From Trypanosoma brucei (Eukaryota), in the NCBI GenBank assembly GCA_000002445.1, contig CP000066.1, positions 608,001 to 672,000 on the forward strand: 64,000 nt of DNA, in the 5' to 3' direction. The notes beneath the pieces were generated by a model, which saw nothing but the letters and a program-made list of their open reading frames with translations, made no database searches and had not been told where the DNA came from. Position numbers and translations under genes: made by a program. Every line of letters begins with the position of its first letter. Position 1 is the first letter of the stretch. Shown here piece by piece: positions 44,522 through 54,833 of this stretch.

Positions 44522-47500
44522 TCACTTCTGCTCATTTCGCTTTGCAGCGAGCTCGCTCACCCATTTCGCCTTTTTGGCGGCGTACTTTTCCTCGGCAAAT
44601 CGCTTCTGTATTTGCAGCTGAAGTGAATTTAACCGCTCGGCTACTTTCAGCAACCTCGGAGCTCCCGCACTGTAACCTTCCTCCTGTGCTGTAAAAGATT
44701 CATCAGGCATAATGGCTGTTAGAATGCTGGCGGCCGGTAAGTGAGCCTTCCGCACCAGTCCAGCCAAATTGGAAATGAGTTTTTCGGCTCTGTTGAGCAC
44801 CGAGTAGGAAAGAGACTGTGAGAGCCCATTGAGTTCCTCCAGCATCGTGAAGCGGTAGTTCTTCCGAGTGGTGTCAATCTGCGCTTTAACGCGGAGGAAA
44901 TCAGCGAGACAGGCGTTGATGAGAACCTGCGCTCCATCATGACGCCATCCGTCTGATACATCGAGAACGGGAAGCAGACGACGGTCGCAGAAGAGATCGT
45001 CGCGGAGAGAAAAGACAACTTCATCAACAGAAGTGAAGACGTCACCGCAACCACTGATGGCCACAAACGGGTGACGAGCCTTAAACTGAACGGCAGATTC
45101 CTTGAGCGCATCCATTAGTGGGAAATCACCGGCGCCGTTGCCAAATATAAGTTGGTCGCCACCCGTTTCCACGTATGGCAAGCGGGGACCTTCACTCGAT
45201 TCCTCCTCTTCCTCCTCTTCCTGCTCCTTTCCCTTCTCTTCTTTCTCCTTCTTCTCGTCCAACCTTGACGCCAATTGGTTGTAGAAGGCAGAAAGCAGAG
45301 CAAAGAACTCTGTGTTATCAAAAGGACGTACGGAGGGGGAGCAAACATCAACGGGCGACAGTACGACACGATGTTGTGTGGCATTTGTTTTGCCCTCCCA
45401 CACCACGCTTACAGCCGGGTCAAGTAAAGCGGAACGATGAATTTCCAGCGGTACACCACATGTTTGGTGGAATGAGAAGAGATAGGCAAGCAGTTCGGCA
45501 ATAGGTTCATCCGTAACACCGCTGTGTAGCTCCTTATCGAGAGCAGGTGGATAGTGAGCCTCATGGAAAACTCCAGAGGTCAGCATGCGAATAAAGGCGA
45601 ATCCCTCATTACCCACATGGGCCTCCCTGAAAACGTACATGACATCTTGCAACAAGGAACCCAATGAAGAGGGGCGGTCCCGAAAGTGGAGTCCTTGCTT
45701 CTGCAGGAATACAAGGAGCATTTGCAGGTACTCTATGGTGAATCCCTCCATGTTACTTTGTGCAAATGCCTCCCGGCGTTGGAAAAAGAGCGGATTAACA
45801 AACAGCCTCTCGGCCAACTTCTTAACGTGCTGCTTCCATGCGTCCTCGTGCTTCAACGATCTGTGCGTGTTATAATCATATAACTGAAGTAGTCGCAACT
45901 GTGATATGGGGTCCATCTGCACATTCCCCTTAATCACCGTCATGCCGCTCGTCATAAGCCGCTTAATGCGTTGCATGGTAATCCCTAGGAAAATCAAGTG
46001 GCCGAGGTGATCGAGACCACGACGACCCGCACGACCCATCATTTGACGGAACTGCGTCGGATTTAACAGGATGTGATCACCGGCGAGTACAACAGAACGA
46101 CACGGGCTGTGAATGCCCAGCGCCAATGTTTCCGTGGAGAAAATAACACCGCAGTGGCGGCCTCGGAACAGCCTTTCCACGTGACCACGAAGTTTACCCT
46201 TCACACCGGCATGATGCATCCCAATACCCCGCTTTAAAGCGCGAAGAAGGAGGTCCTCCCCCTCACCTTCGCAGTCCTTTATTAGTTCCTTTACGACATC
46301 GGGTTCCACGCTGCACCCCGCCCCAATGAAAGTGAACTCGGGAAGAATATCTGGGACTTCGCAGACCTCCCCCTCATCTTCTTCACCTTCGTCCACATCA
46401 CGCTCGGCCCTCTCCACCTCACCATCCTCATTAGTCCTGAGGCGCTTTTGCTTCAGCGTGGACTCGCGTTGTTTGTGCCTCGCCTCCCGCTCCGCGGCCG
46501 CGCGCTCCACCTTGGCTTTGTAGAGGGCGAATTCCTCAGTTTGCCGGTAGCGCTCCTCTGCCTCTTCCAGCTGCTCCACAACGTACTTCACCAAGTCTTC
46601 ACAGTCTTCGGACTCGAAGCTGAACACAATAGCTGGGCCCATGTCCCTAGCGGAAATCTCGCGCAACACATTCAAACTTTGCTCTCGAATAAATTGCCTT
46701 GATCCCGGAAAAGCCGCCTCCGGCACCGCCTCATCTGACTCTTGCTCACTTCTACCCTCAGTGTTGGTCCTGCTTTGTTGTTGTGCGCGCTTCCTCTCCA
46801 TAGCTGCAACAGCATAGCTACCGAGCGCCGCCTCCTTCTCGTTCAACTTTTGCGCAAAGGCTGCAAGGATGGTCTCCGTTGCATGTTTCATCGTGGAGTT
46901 GAACTCTTTCACCTGTTCATCGGAGGAAATATCCGGCTTCTTCACGCTACTGTTGCTTAGCAGAACCCACTGAGCGAAGGCGTCCTTTACTTCCCGTTCA
47001 TACAGACGTGCACGCTGCTGGGTAATATACAAGTCCGCTTCAAAGTATCTCCCTGGCTCAAGGAGCTTGAGCTTCGACTGCAGCATCTGAACCCGCGGTA
47101 TCGAAGACAACTTCGGCCAAATGATGTTATCGAAGGCGGTTCGCATTTCCCCAAATAATGATACCACCTCACTGGGGACAAGGGTAATGTCAGGAGGGAA
47201 TCCCCGCTGGAGTTGGTCCGTTGTGAGGATGGACAAGGGATGTAAGTCGTGGATGTAGCGGTTCTCATATGTGGTAGTGAGTTTCTTCAAAGACGTACGC
47301 GTATCGGGAGGGGGAAGATAAATGTACTTCTTTATGTCATTCCATCGCTGAATGGTTTGGCCCTCCGATGGAAGCACGTGTACCCTATAGTCACGTGCCT
47401 TAGCGGGTGTGTCAACTGCCTGCTCCTTCAGCCGAGATTGCACGCGATTAAGCCACCCACACAGTTGCTGAGTTTCTCCCAGCGTGGCTGAAAGCGCAAC

Positions 47501-50500
47501 GAAAGGGCAGGGCAGAAGGGCAAGAATGCGTTCCCACACGTCACCATTGCCATTGCTCTCCATGGAGTGAATCTCATCGAGAATTACGTAATCGATAAGG
47601 TCAACCCATTCAGCGTACTTGGGTGAAAGCAACATGGTTTCAAATGTCTCGGGCACAGTCAGAAGTACTTGGCAGGAATCGTGGAACTGATGGTAGTCGG
47701 CCCCACCAAGAACACCATAAATATATTTACCACTATTTTTGTACTCTTTGGACCCATAGCGAGCGCAGACATCGGCCACCGCTTGATTAATCAACGCACG
47801 GGCGGGAGCAAGGTACACAACAATCCGCCTGTTGGAGCGGCGAAGAGTGTTATACATGCAGTAATACGAAACAAACGTTTTCCCAGCTGAAGTTGGGGCA
47901 CACACTACAGCACTCCCGCGATTGTCCACGATGTCAAGGAGCTCTCGCTGCCAACTGTCTGGGTTGAAGGCAACGCGGTAATCGGGTCTTCGAATGACCG
48001 GCCGCTCAAGCAGGTGTCCCATGTGAATGAGTTGCATCATTTCTGGTGTGTCGGTCAGTTGCCGCATCCGCGGGAGCATCGTTGGCCCTAACAAACTCGG
48101 TGCCTTATTTTGCCACTGAGTGATGGCACGGTCCAGCTTGCTGTAGTAATCTTCCCCAAAGTCCAGGTGCCTCAGAGCGGAGCGTACCGTGTCAAGGTCC
48201 TCTTGCGATATTTGCAGACCCTCGTTTTGGACCACCGACAAGACGTGATGGTGGCAATAAAGAAACAGCGGAATGGCTACCGATAGATCCGGTGTTTCCT
48301 TGGCCAAACGGGCACGCTCCCGCTCACTACGCCAGTTTTCGAGACGAAGTTTAACTACGAAGCATTTGATTTTCATCTGGATGTGCAGTTCCACGTAGGA
48401 CAGATACACCCACCGCAGGTACGACGCAGCTTCCGCGCTTGTTATATCCGACTTGAACTTCCGCAGCCCCTCCAGTTCTCCCCATTCTGTGCTCTTATCA
48501 CTTATGGTGGCGACGAGGTTATCAATGACTGTAAAACCGTATGGCACAGCAGTCTCCGTCTTCAAGCCCTTTTTCTTGACAGCGCGGTTCTTTGCCGAGG
48601 GATCTTCAAGCGTGAGCGCAAACTCCGCCTCACGGAGCCCACTGGAAGCCACAAGCAGGCGCCACATGGAAATCTTTAACGAAATATCGCTACCTTCACT
48701 CTTTCCAATCGTGCGATCGGGCTCGAAACCTTTGGTGAACTTTGCCTCCGCGAGTCGCTTGACTGCAGCCAAAAGTTTCTTCACAGCGTCATCACGATCT
48801 TTGTTGGTCGTACGTCCGTGCGTTGGGTCGATGCTGCGGAGGTGATCGTCCATTTGCTTCAACCAACTCTGAATGCTACTTGCGGCGTCTTTCAAATTCT
48901 TCTGCTCACGAATTTCATCATCCTTGCTACGCCCCTTCTTATTACGCTGTCCCTCGTGCTCATTATTCCCCTTTTTCTTCTTCGCGGCCGCACCCTTACC
49001 ACACCCTCCTGCACCTCCTGATCCAGCGGCGTCAGTGCTTTCTTGCTCATTATCCGAGCAAACCAAAGTTAGTGGTTGGGCGGCGAAACCACTTATTCCC
49101 ATGGACTGCGCCTGCTGGAAGGCGTTACGGACGAACTTCGTCTGAAACTCCTGCGCATGTCTTGCTTCCTTCTCAGTCATGTGAATCTTTGCCTCACGCT
49201 CCCCATCAGCATCAGTAACGTCGTTGAACTTGTCGAAAGGAGTGGTTATATCCCACCCAATAAGCTCATTGGCGGCGCCGTAGCCATCGGGTATCGGCCG
49301 CTTTGCCTTGTGTCCCTCCACCTTGAAGGTTTTGGCCAGGTGCTCTACTAACTCGTGTTTAAGGTACGGATATTCCTGAAGCTGCACAGGTTGAGGCTGA
49401 GCTAGCTCAGGGAGGCTCCTAAACGGTGTCGAGGTAATGTCAAGTGTGTCGTCGTCCATAAGATACTGCCAAGTCATGGAGATGTCCCCTACACCGTCTT
49501 CATCCAACAAATGGCTTGGCGCTTCTTCGCGTAGCAATCGCGCAACGGCGTAGAGGAGATGTCCGTCGATAATGTCGAATACCTGACCGCCTCCGTTGTC
49601 GCAGCCAGCGTGTCGAAGTGCGCTAAGGAGAAATGGTGAGATATCCGCAATAAAGTTTTGGAGCACGGCGCTGGGTAATGCCGCCTGGGCCCTGGCCTCG
49701 CAGCTCAGTATTCCCACAATGTAAGCCGTTATAACAAGGGCCTGACAAAGCTGCTGCTCTTGTTCGCTTCGTTCCTTCATGGTTAGATAGGTGCGTACTG
49801 CCGAACAGACAATCTTCTCACGGAATGTCAGGTCCTCGTTCAGCACGTTCAATGATTTTTGGGACAATGTGGGCAACGTCACTTCACGTTCGAGTGATTG
49901 AGCCAACGCGCGCACCTCCGGCTCGATTCCCAGCGAGCGCTCAAGGGTTGAGCCGTCCACGCCCATGGTGAAGACGATCATAGAGTTCTCCCTGTAGATG
50001 ACACGAGACGAGTACGCGACTTTGAGGCGGCGGGAGGCTGCCCAAAGCAGCAGACATCGAATATACATAGCCGCATCATTTCCTATTTCCTCGTCCTCAA
50101 CGATGCTCCTGTACGGCCGACGTGCAGGCACAGCGACGGCACCGCTGGAGTTGACACCTGAGGATGCATTAGTTGTTTCAACCTCCGGATTGACAAAAAA
50201 CTCTTGCAGCGGGTTCAAGGAACCCAGTTGCTCACCGTCAGACATGAAGATAAACTCCGGCTCCCACTCTTTCAGGTAGGTCTCAAAGGCCTCACTATGG
50301 AAACTTGGAAAGGTACGCACGGTGAAGCGGGAGCCGCCTGGGCACTCGCTCGCGGCTGTCAGTGCCAGTCGTAAGTTTTCCCTCATCAGCATTTTCGCAG
50401 GGGCTCGTTCCCACATCCACAACATACTATCGAAGAAAACAATGTGGAATCGGGCCCCGCGGCACTCCATATCGAAGAGCAGCTTTTGTGCATTGTACAT

Positions 50501-51034
50501 GACATGTAATGGCTGTATGAGGTCCCAGTCTACATTTGGTGGTGAGAGGGCAGACATGAACAAGGAATCACCGTCTATAAAAAACATCTCCGTTGCGGCA
50601 AGATGTGCGAACATGTCACAGAGTTCGGGCCGTGCAGTGGCGTAATGGTGCTCCACCGCCGTACGCAGCAGCTCTTCTTCAATCACAGCTCGCATCTTCC
50701 CATCCTTCTGGACGGCAGCAACAAGGAACTTCCACGCATTGCGTTCCTCTTCCTCGTGCTTCAGGGTGCCGACAATTCCACCGGCTGGTGGCTTCCCTCC
50801 GTTTCGGAACGCGGATAACACGGCGTCACATACGCGACTTAATGCGCTGCGGCGACGTGCAACTTGAGCGATTTTCCCCTCATATGAGGCATCAGCCTCT
50901 TCCTGAATCGGAATGTTTTTGGCTTCGAAAATGGCCTGTAGGGCCCCTACGGTATCCATAGGAATTTTTAAAAAATCATCATCCTTGAGACAGTTACCGA
51001 ACAGCAGGTTAAGATCCCGTTGCTGAGTAGCCAT
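44522..51034 (-). CDS. giant DExH-box (Ski2/DDX60-like) RNA helicase, 2170 aa
   Basis: ATG confirmed at 51034. Central helicase core: motif I VCAPTSAGKTFVSYY, Ia VYLAPARALINQ, II DYVILDEIHSM, III LSATLGE, VI QMMGRAGRRGLDHLGHLIF. About 1000 aa N-terminal and about 500 aa C-terminal extensions carry no recognisable motif. Acidic E-rich linker (EKGKEQEEEEEEESSE). Confidence 0.85.
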   Translation of the reverse strand: MATQQRDLNLLFGNCLKDDDFLKIPMDTVGALQAIFEAKNIPIQEEADASYEGKIAQVARRRSALSRVCDAVLSAFRNGGKPPAGGIVGTLKHEEEERNAWKFLVAAVQKDGKMRAVIEEELLRTAVEHHYATARPELCDMFAHLAATEMFFIDGDSLFMSALSPPNVDWDLIQPLHVMYNAQKLLFDMECRGARFHIVFFDSMLWMWERAPAKMLMRENLRLALTAASECPGGSRFTVRTFPSFHSEAFETYLKEWEPEFIFMSDGEQLGSLNPLQEFFVNPEVETTNASSGVNSSGAVAVPARRPYRSIVEDEEIGNDAAMYIRCLLLWAASRRLKVAYSSRVIYRENSMIVFTMGVDGSTLERSLGIEPEVRALAQSLEREVTLPTLSQKSLNVLNEDLTFREKIVCSAVRTYLTMKERSEQEQQLCQALVITAYIVGILSCEARAQAALPSAVLQNFIADISPFLLSALRHAGCDNGGGQVFDIIDGHLLYAVARLLREEAPSHLLDEDGVGDISMTWQYLMDDDTLDITSTPFRSLPELAQPQPVQLQEYPYLKHELVEHLAKTFKVEGHKAKRPIPDGYGAANELIGWDITTPFDKFNDVTDADGEREAKIHMTEKEARHAQEFQTKFVRNAFQQAQSMGISGFAAQPLTLVCSDNEQESTDAAGSGGAGGCGKGAAAKKKKGNNEHEGQRNKKGRSKDDEIREQKNLKDAASSIQSWLKQMDDHLRSIDPTHGRTTNKDRDDAVKKLLAAVKRLAEAKFTKGFEPDRTIGKSEGSDISLKISMWRLLVASSGLREAEFALTLEDPSAKNRAVKKKGLKTETAVPYGFTVIDNLVATISDKSTEWGELEGLRKFKSDITSAEAASYLRWVYLSYVELHIQMKIKCFVVKLRLENWRSERERARLAKETPDLSVAIPLFLYCHHHVLSVVQNEGLQISQEDLDTVRSALRHLDFGEDYYSKLDRAITQWQNKAPSLLGPTMLPRMRQLTDTPEMMQLIHMGHLLERPVIRRPDYRVAFNPDSWQRELLDIVDNRGSAVVCAPTSAGKTFVSYYCMYNTLRRSNRRIVVYLAPARALINQAVADVCARYGSKEYKNSGKYIYGVLGGADYHQFHDSCQVLLTVPETFETMLLSPKYAEWVDLIDYVILDEIHSMESNGNGDVWERILALLPCPFVALSATLGETQQLCGWLNRVQSRLKEQAVDTPAKARDYRVHVLPSEGQTIQRWNDIKKYIYLPPPDTRTSLKKLTTTYENRYIHDLHPLSILTTDQLQRGFPPDITLVPSEVVSLFGEMRTAFDNIIWPKLSSIPRVQMLQSKLKLLEPGRYFEADLYITQQRARLYEREVKDAFAQWVLLSNSSVKKPDISSDEQVKEFNSTMKHATETILAAFAQKLNEKEAALGSYAVAAMERKRAQQQSRTNTEGRSEQESDEAVPEAAFPGSRQFIREQSLNVLREISARDMGPAIVFSFESEDCEDLVKYVVEQLEEAEERYRQTEEFALYKAKVERAAAEREARHKQRESTLKQKRLRTNEDGEVERAERDVDEGEEDEGEVCEVPDILPEFTFIGAGCSVEPDVVKELIKDCEGEGEDLLLRALKRGIGMHHAGVKGKLRGHVERLFRGRHCGVIFSTETLALGIHSPCRSVVLAGDHILLNPTQFRQMMGRAGRRGLDHLGHLIFLGITMQRIKRLMTSGMTVIKGNVQMDPISQLRLLQLYDYNTHRSLKHEDAWKQHVKKLAERLFVNPLFFQRREAFAQSNMEGFTIEYLQMLLVFLQKQGLHFRDRPSSLGSLLQDVMYVFREAHVGNEGFAFIRMLTSGVFHEAHYPPALDKELHSGVTDEPIAELLAYLFSFHQTCGVPLEIHRSALLDPAVSVVWEGKTNATQHRVVLSPVDVCSPSVRPFDNTEFFALLSAFYNQLASRLDEKKEKEEKGKEQEEEEEEESSEGPRLPYVETGGDQLIFGNGAGDFPLMDALKESAVQFKARHPFVAISGCGDVFTSVDEVVFSLRDDLFCDRRLLPVLDVSDGWRHDGAQVLINACLADFLRVKAQIDTTRKNYRFTMLEELNGLSQSLSYSVLNRAEKLISNLAGLVRKAHLPAASILTAIMPDESFTAQEEGYSAGAPRLLKVAERLNSLQLQIQKRFAEEKYAAKKAKWVSELAAKRNEQK

Positions 51035-51786
51035 GCACTGCCTTACTCACCTTTCACCTTCTTTCAGTTCCCTTTTTCTCCTTCCCTGAATTTTACCCTT
51101 TTCTCTTGTTCGCTATATAAAAACTATAACCTGAGATTTCTCTTTTATATGCCTGCTTTTTGTTCTGCTTCTTAGGATCACTTAGTTAGTTTATTTTTTT
51201 TATTTTATTTTTGTTCTGTGCGTGTATTTCACCTTTGTTAGCTAAATTTCTGACAGATAATGTGAGCAGAAAGAAGGAAAAAGGATTAAGCACTACGTCC
51301 ATCTCATGGTATTACCGGCGCGCAACTTAAACATTCCGCATTTTTTATGCAAAGGAATTTCAAGTATGCCGTGGATAAGCAAACACACGAACACAGGGAA
51401 GGAGAGACCGTCGCAGCATACACAACTGCGTGCGAAATGCAAAGGAGCGGCAAGAAAAGAAAAATGAAACAACACCGACAAAAACAGAAGACGACAAACG
51501 TCAACCATGGATTGGGTAGCCGCAATATTATAAAAAGTTATGGCCCTCACGCCTTCCTGCCGAGACAAGTGTGGATTTTCATCGCAGGTTGGAGGTCGAC
51601 TACGAAAGTCTCGTACGACACCACTGCAGCGTCGTTTGTCTCCCAGTGTGCCGCCAGTCCACCAAGCAGCAACAAAAAAAAAGACAGGGAGAGAGGAGGA
51701 AGAAAACGAAAAAAACAAAAAGGAAAGGAAAGGAACACGAGAGCCGTGATTCCAAAAGCAAAGTTAATATACACGCTTTTATTTTC

Positions 51787-54234
51787 TTAGTTTGAGGTAC
51801 CAGGAGCTAGAAGGGTGCCACCACTACCACCGGACACGAGCGCCGGACCAAGCAAAAAACATGGAAAGGCGTACAGCAGCACCCAAACAATACGAAAAGA
51901 CGCCACTGGAACACTGATCATCCAAACAAGGGGAATCAGCACAAGGAGAATGCACAAATGCGGTGACAGCCGCTGAATCCATGGGCTGGCCAAAGCCTTG
52001 GCCAAAGAAGACAGTTTGTCCCTATGAAGCTGCTCACAAAACCGTTGCTCATGATATAAAGGCCACATCACGTATGAGAGAATAAGCACGAGTAATAGCA
52101 CCTCCACGGCGCGACTGGTGAAGTCCACTACGGTGGCATCGTCAAACGTGGCTGATCGCAGCGCGTTCCTCCACGCGAAGAAGGGATGAAGGTGAATTAA
52201 GTGCAAAAGGGCGTAGGCCGACACTAACATATACGCCTCCTCCCTTCTGCCGTCACTGCTGTCAAAGGTAGCGGTTTGATATGACGCAGAGAGAGGCAGT
52301 AGAACTATAGTGAGACACAACCACACTAGGGCGCGGTCACATATACGCAGCGGTAACAACACACCACACAGAAAAACAACTACACCAAACACAGTGACCG
52401 GTATTATCCGGTTCCACGGCTCATCGCAATTATCATCGCTACGTGTGGGCGACCTGCGAACCCACCGCGGTAGTCTTAGATAGATGCACGCACGATGAGT
52501 AACCAACCAGAATTTCGTCCATCCAAACTTACTTCCCCTCAAAAGCAGCTGAAGCAAGCGATAAGCAATAATACCCATCCATATGCCTTTCAACGCGGGG
52601 CCGGAAGCGGCAAAAGCACACCAAACCAACATGAGAGGATCAAATGTGGGTTTGCACACAAGCGTGTCAGCGATCCAGGGCGACTTACATCCTTCCATTG
52701 CTGGTAGCAGACAACATGGTATCTGCACGAGTAACAAGTGGCCCACAATTCCCATTATCGGGGTAACCATAACAACAGCCGTGTGCGATGACGTGAACAA
52801 TGATTTCCATGACCAATCTGCGCAGCAATGGGACAGCACACGGAGGTTCAGCAGCAGCCGCAGCAGCAGCGGGTGGATCGCGGAGAGGACGAAAGAACCG
52901 TATGAAAACGCCACCAACACGGTAAGGCCGACATGAGTGTAACTCGCCTCCGCCCACCACGAAAAGGCATCTGAAAAGGAGTGCGGCGGAGGTGCTGGAT
53001 CATTGATGCCCTCTGGTAAAGACCAGTTCCGCAACTTAAGGTTCCTTGACTCGGGTGAAATACCATCCCCCCTGACCAGAGAATTTCTAATAACGGCAGA
53101 GGTCCAGAATTCAACAACACAGTAGTCCCTCATTATATCGTCATGAGAAAACGTCTTTCCACACACTTTTGGGTGCTCTGTGGTGACATCAATACACGAC
53201 CCATTGTTGCACCCAATGCTGTCACTGAGGCGCGTGTGTTTAGACTGCACCATCAAGTCTAACGGCCCCGACGTAAGTGAAAGAATGCGGGGATTGCGAT
53301 AGCCGTTGCGGTCATTAGCCAACACATTTTTCTGAACAGGATCCCAAAGTGTTTTGTACAACCTCCACATGGGCAGGTCAAGAAAAACAGGCATCTGACG
53401 GTTTGGACTGTTCAGTGTAATAACTCCGGCAATCAACGGGAAAACCTGTGAGTCTGATAGAGTCGACAGCGCCATTCGTACCACAACGCCACCCATGGAG
53501 TGACCAATGAGCCATATGAAGGGAGGGTTATGCGTCTCGTTTTTTCGGTCTTCATACAAAGTTATTATTGTATCCGCTACAAAATCTGCCTGATGATGCA
53601 GAAGAGCACCGCGATGGGCATTTGCCTGCTCGGAGAAATCAAAGGTGTACAACCTTCCCTTGATTTTTTGCTCCTGCAAAAAAAGAATGCCAAGCCGGTG
53701 GGCCTGCATGTAAGAGCCTGCGTTTCCATGAGCAAAGAATATAATTACCTCCGGCGGCTTTTCCTGCGTCGGTGCGTATGTGCTGTAACAATCAGGACAA
53801 CTGACTTCAAAAAAGGAGTACGGCGGGCTGCTTCCCCTGTTACTCCTCTCGTCACCCCACTTCGGATTCTGCAAGAACAATCTTCGATAACTCAGTGGGT
53901 GCCACGCAACCGAGTCCGGAAACACACGAAATCGGTTGTTGTTGGCGTAGTCCCTGATCTGTAACCCAAGTCGCACGACCGAAAGTGCGTAGAGCAGTGC
54001 AGCAGCCAAAGAAAACAGTGTAAATAGCACAACGAGATTTTTCTTCCTTTGCGGAAGGGATGTCGCAGCCGGATTGACACCTGACGAGGGGGCACCAATT
54101 CCACTTAACTCTTCATCTTCTTGGCTAGGCATATGTTCGTCGCACAAACCTTTGTCGAAGCAGTACCCACTGACAGGTCCGTCCCCTGTATATGCACTGC
54201 AATCATCCTCCCTTTCATCACCACAAAGGCGCAT
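51787..54234 (-). CDS. PGAP1/Bst1-like GPI inositol deacylase
   Basis: ATG confirmed at 54234. N-terminal TM. IIFFAHGNAGSYMQ (PGAP1 oxyanion region) and the lipase serine motif WLIGHSMGGVV. Many TM helices in the C-terminal half, as in PGAP1. Confidence 0.75.
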   Translation of the reverse strand: MRLCGDEREDDCSAYTGDGPVSGYCFDKGLCDEHMPSQEDEELSGIGAPSSGVNPAATSLPQRKKNLVVLFTLFSLAAALLYALSVVRLGLQIRDYANNNRFRVFPDSVAWHPLSYRRLFLQNPKWGDERSNRGSSPPYSFFEVSCPDCYSTYAPTQEKPPEVIIFFAHGNAGSYMQAHRLGILFLQEQKIKGRLYTFDFSEQANAHRGALLHHQADFVADTIITLYEDRKNETHNPPFIWLIGHSMGGVVVRMALSTLSDSQVFPLIAGVITLNSPNRQMPVFLDLPMWRLYKTLWDPVQKNVLANDRNGYRNPRILSLTSGPLDLMVQSKHTRLSDSIGCNNGSCIDVTTEHPKVCGKTFSHDDIMRDYCVVEFWTSAVIRNSLVRGDGISPESRNLKLRNWSLPEGINDPAPPPHSFSDAFSWWAEASYTHVGLTVLVAFSYGSFVLSAIHPLLLRLLLNLRVLSHCCADWSWKSLFTSSHTAVVMVTPIMGIVGHLLLVQIPCCLLPAMEGCKSPWIADTLVCKPTFDPLMLVWCAFAASGPALKGIWMGIIAYRLLQLLLRGSKFGWTKFWLVTHRACIYLRLPRWVRRSPTRSDDNCDEPWNRIIPVTVFGVVVFLCGVLLPLRICDRALVWLCLTIVLLPLSASYQTATFDSSDGRREEAYMLVSAYALLHLIHLHPFFAWRNALRSATFDDATVVDFTSRAVEVLLLVLILSYVMWPLYHEQRFCEQLHRDKLSSLAKALASPWIQRLSPHLCILLVLIPLVWMISVPVASFRIVWVLLYAFPCFLLGPALVSGGSGGTLLAPGTSN

Positions 54235-54833
54235 TTTTCTTTTTTTTTCTTGCCTTGTCTTGTCTTGTCAGCCTTTGTCCGTGCACACCTTTCCCCCAGT
54301 CTGCTCGTTACACCTTTAGTGGTAAAAGAAAAGGAGAAACGAAAGCACAAGAACAACGAGAAATATACATATATATATATATATATATATGAAAACAGAA
54401 AGATAAAATAAAACACTTGAACGGGGAGAAGCGAATGGGGAAGGACACTCCACGCACACACATCCCATTGAGAGAAATATGTATCATATGCCGAGATGAT
54501 AATCACCATACACATCCCACAAAGAAAGGCAAACAAACGAAGAAAAGAAACAAAAGCAACCTCACCCACTTTCTTAGGAGGGTTCACACACCGTCAAGGT
54601 TGTGAGGCCTAAAAGCAAAACCAACTTTCACGCATGAAGGAGGATCAAAACATCCTCGGTAAAACAAAGACATCTACCACTTGCGTACGCTGGCACTCCC
54701 ACATGAGCACTAGTGATCATTACAATTTTAACATTTGACTACGACTAACACTTTCCAAAGCAAAGGGGACGAAACTCAGCAGAGGGTGCCACGGCTAACT
54801 CATATCGCGGCCATCGTTCTCCCATCTTCAGCT

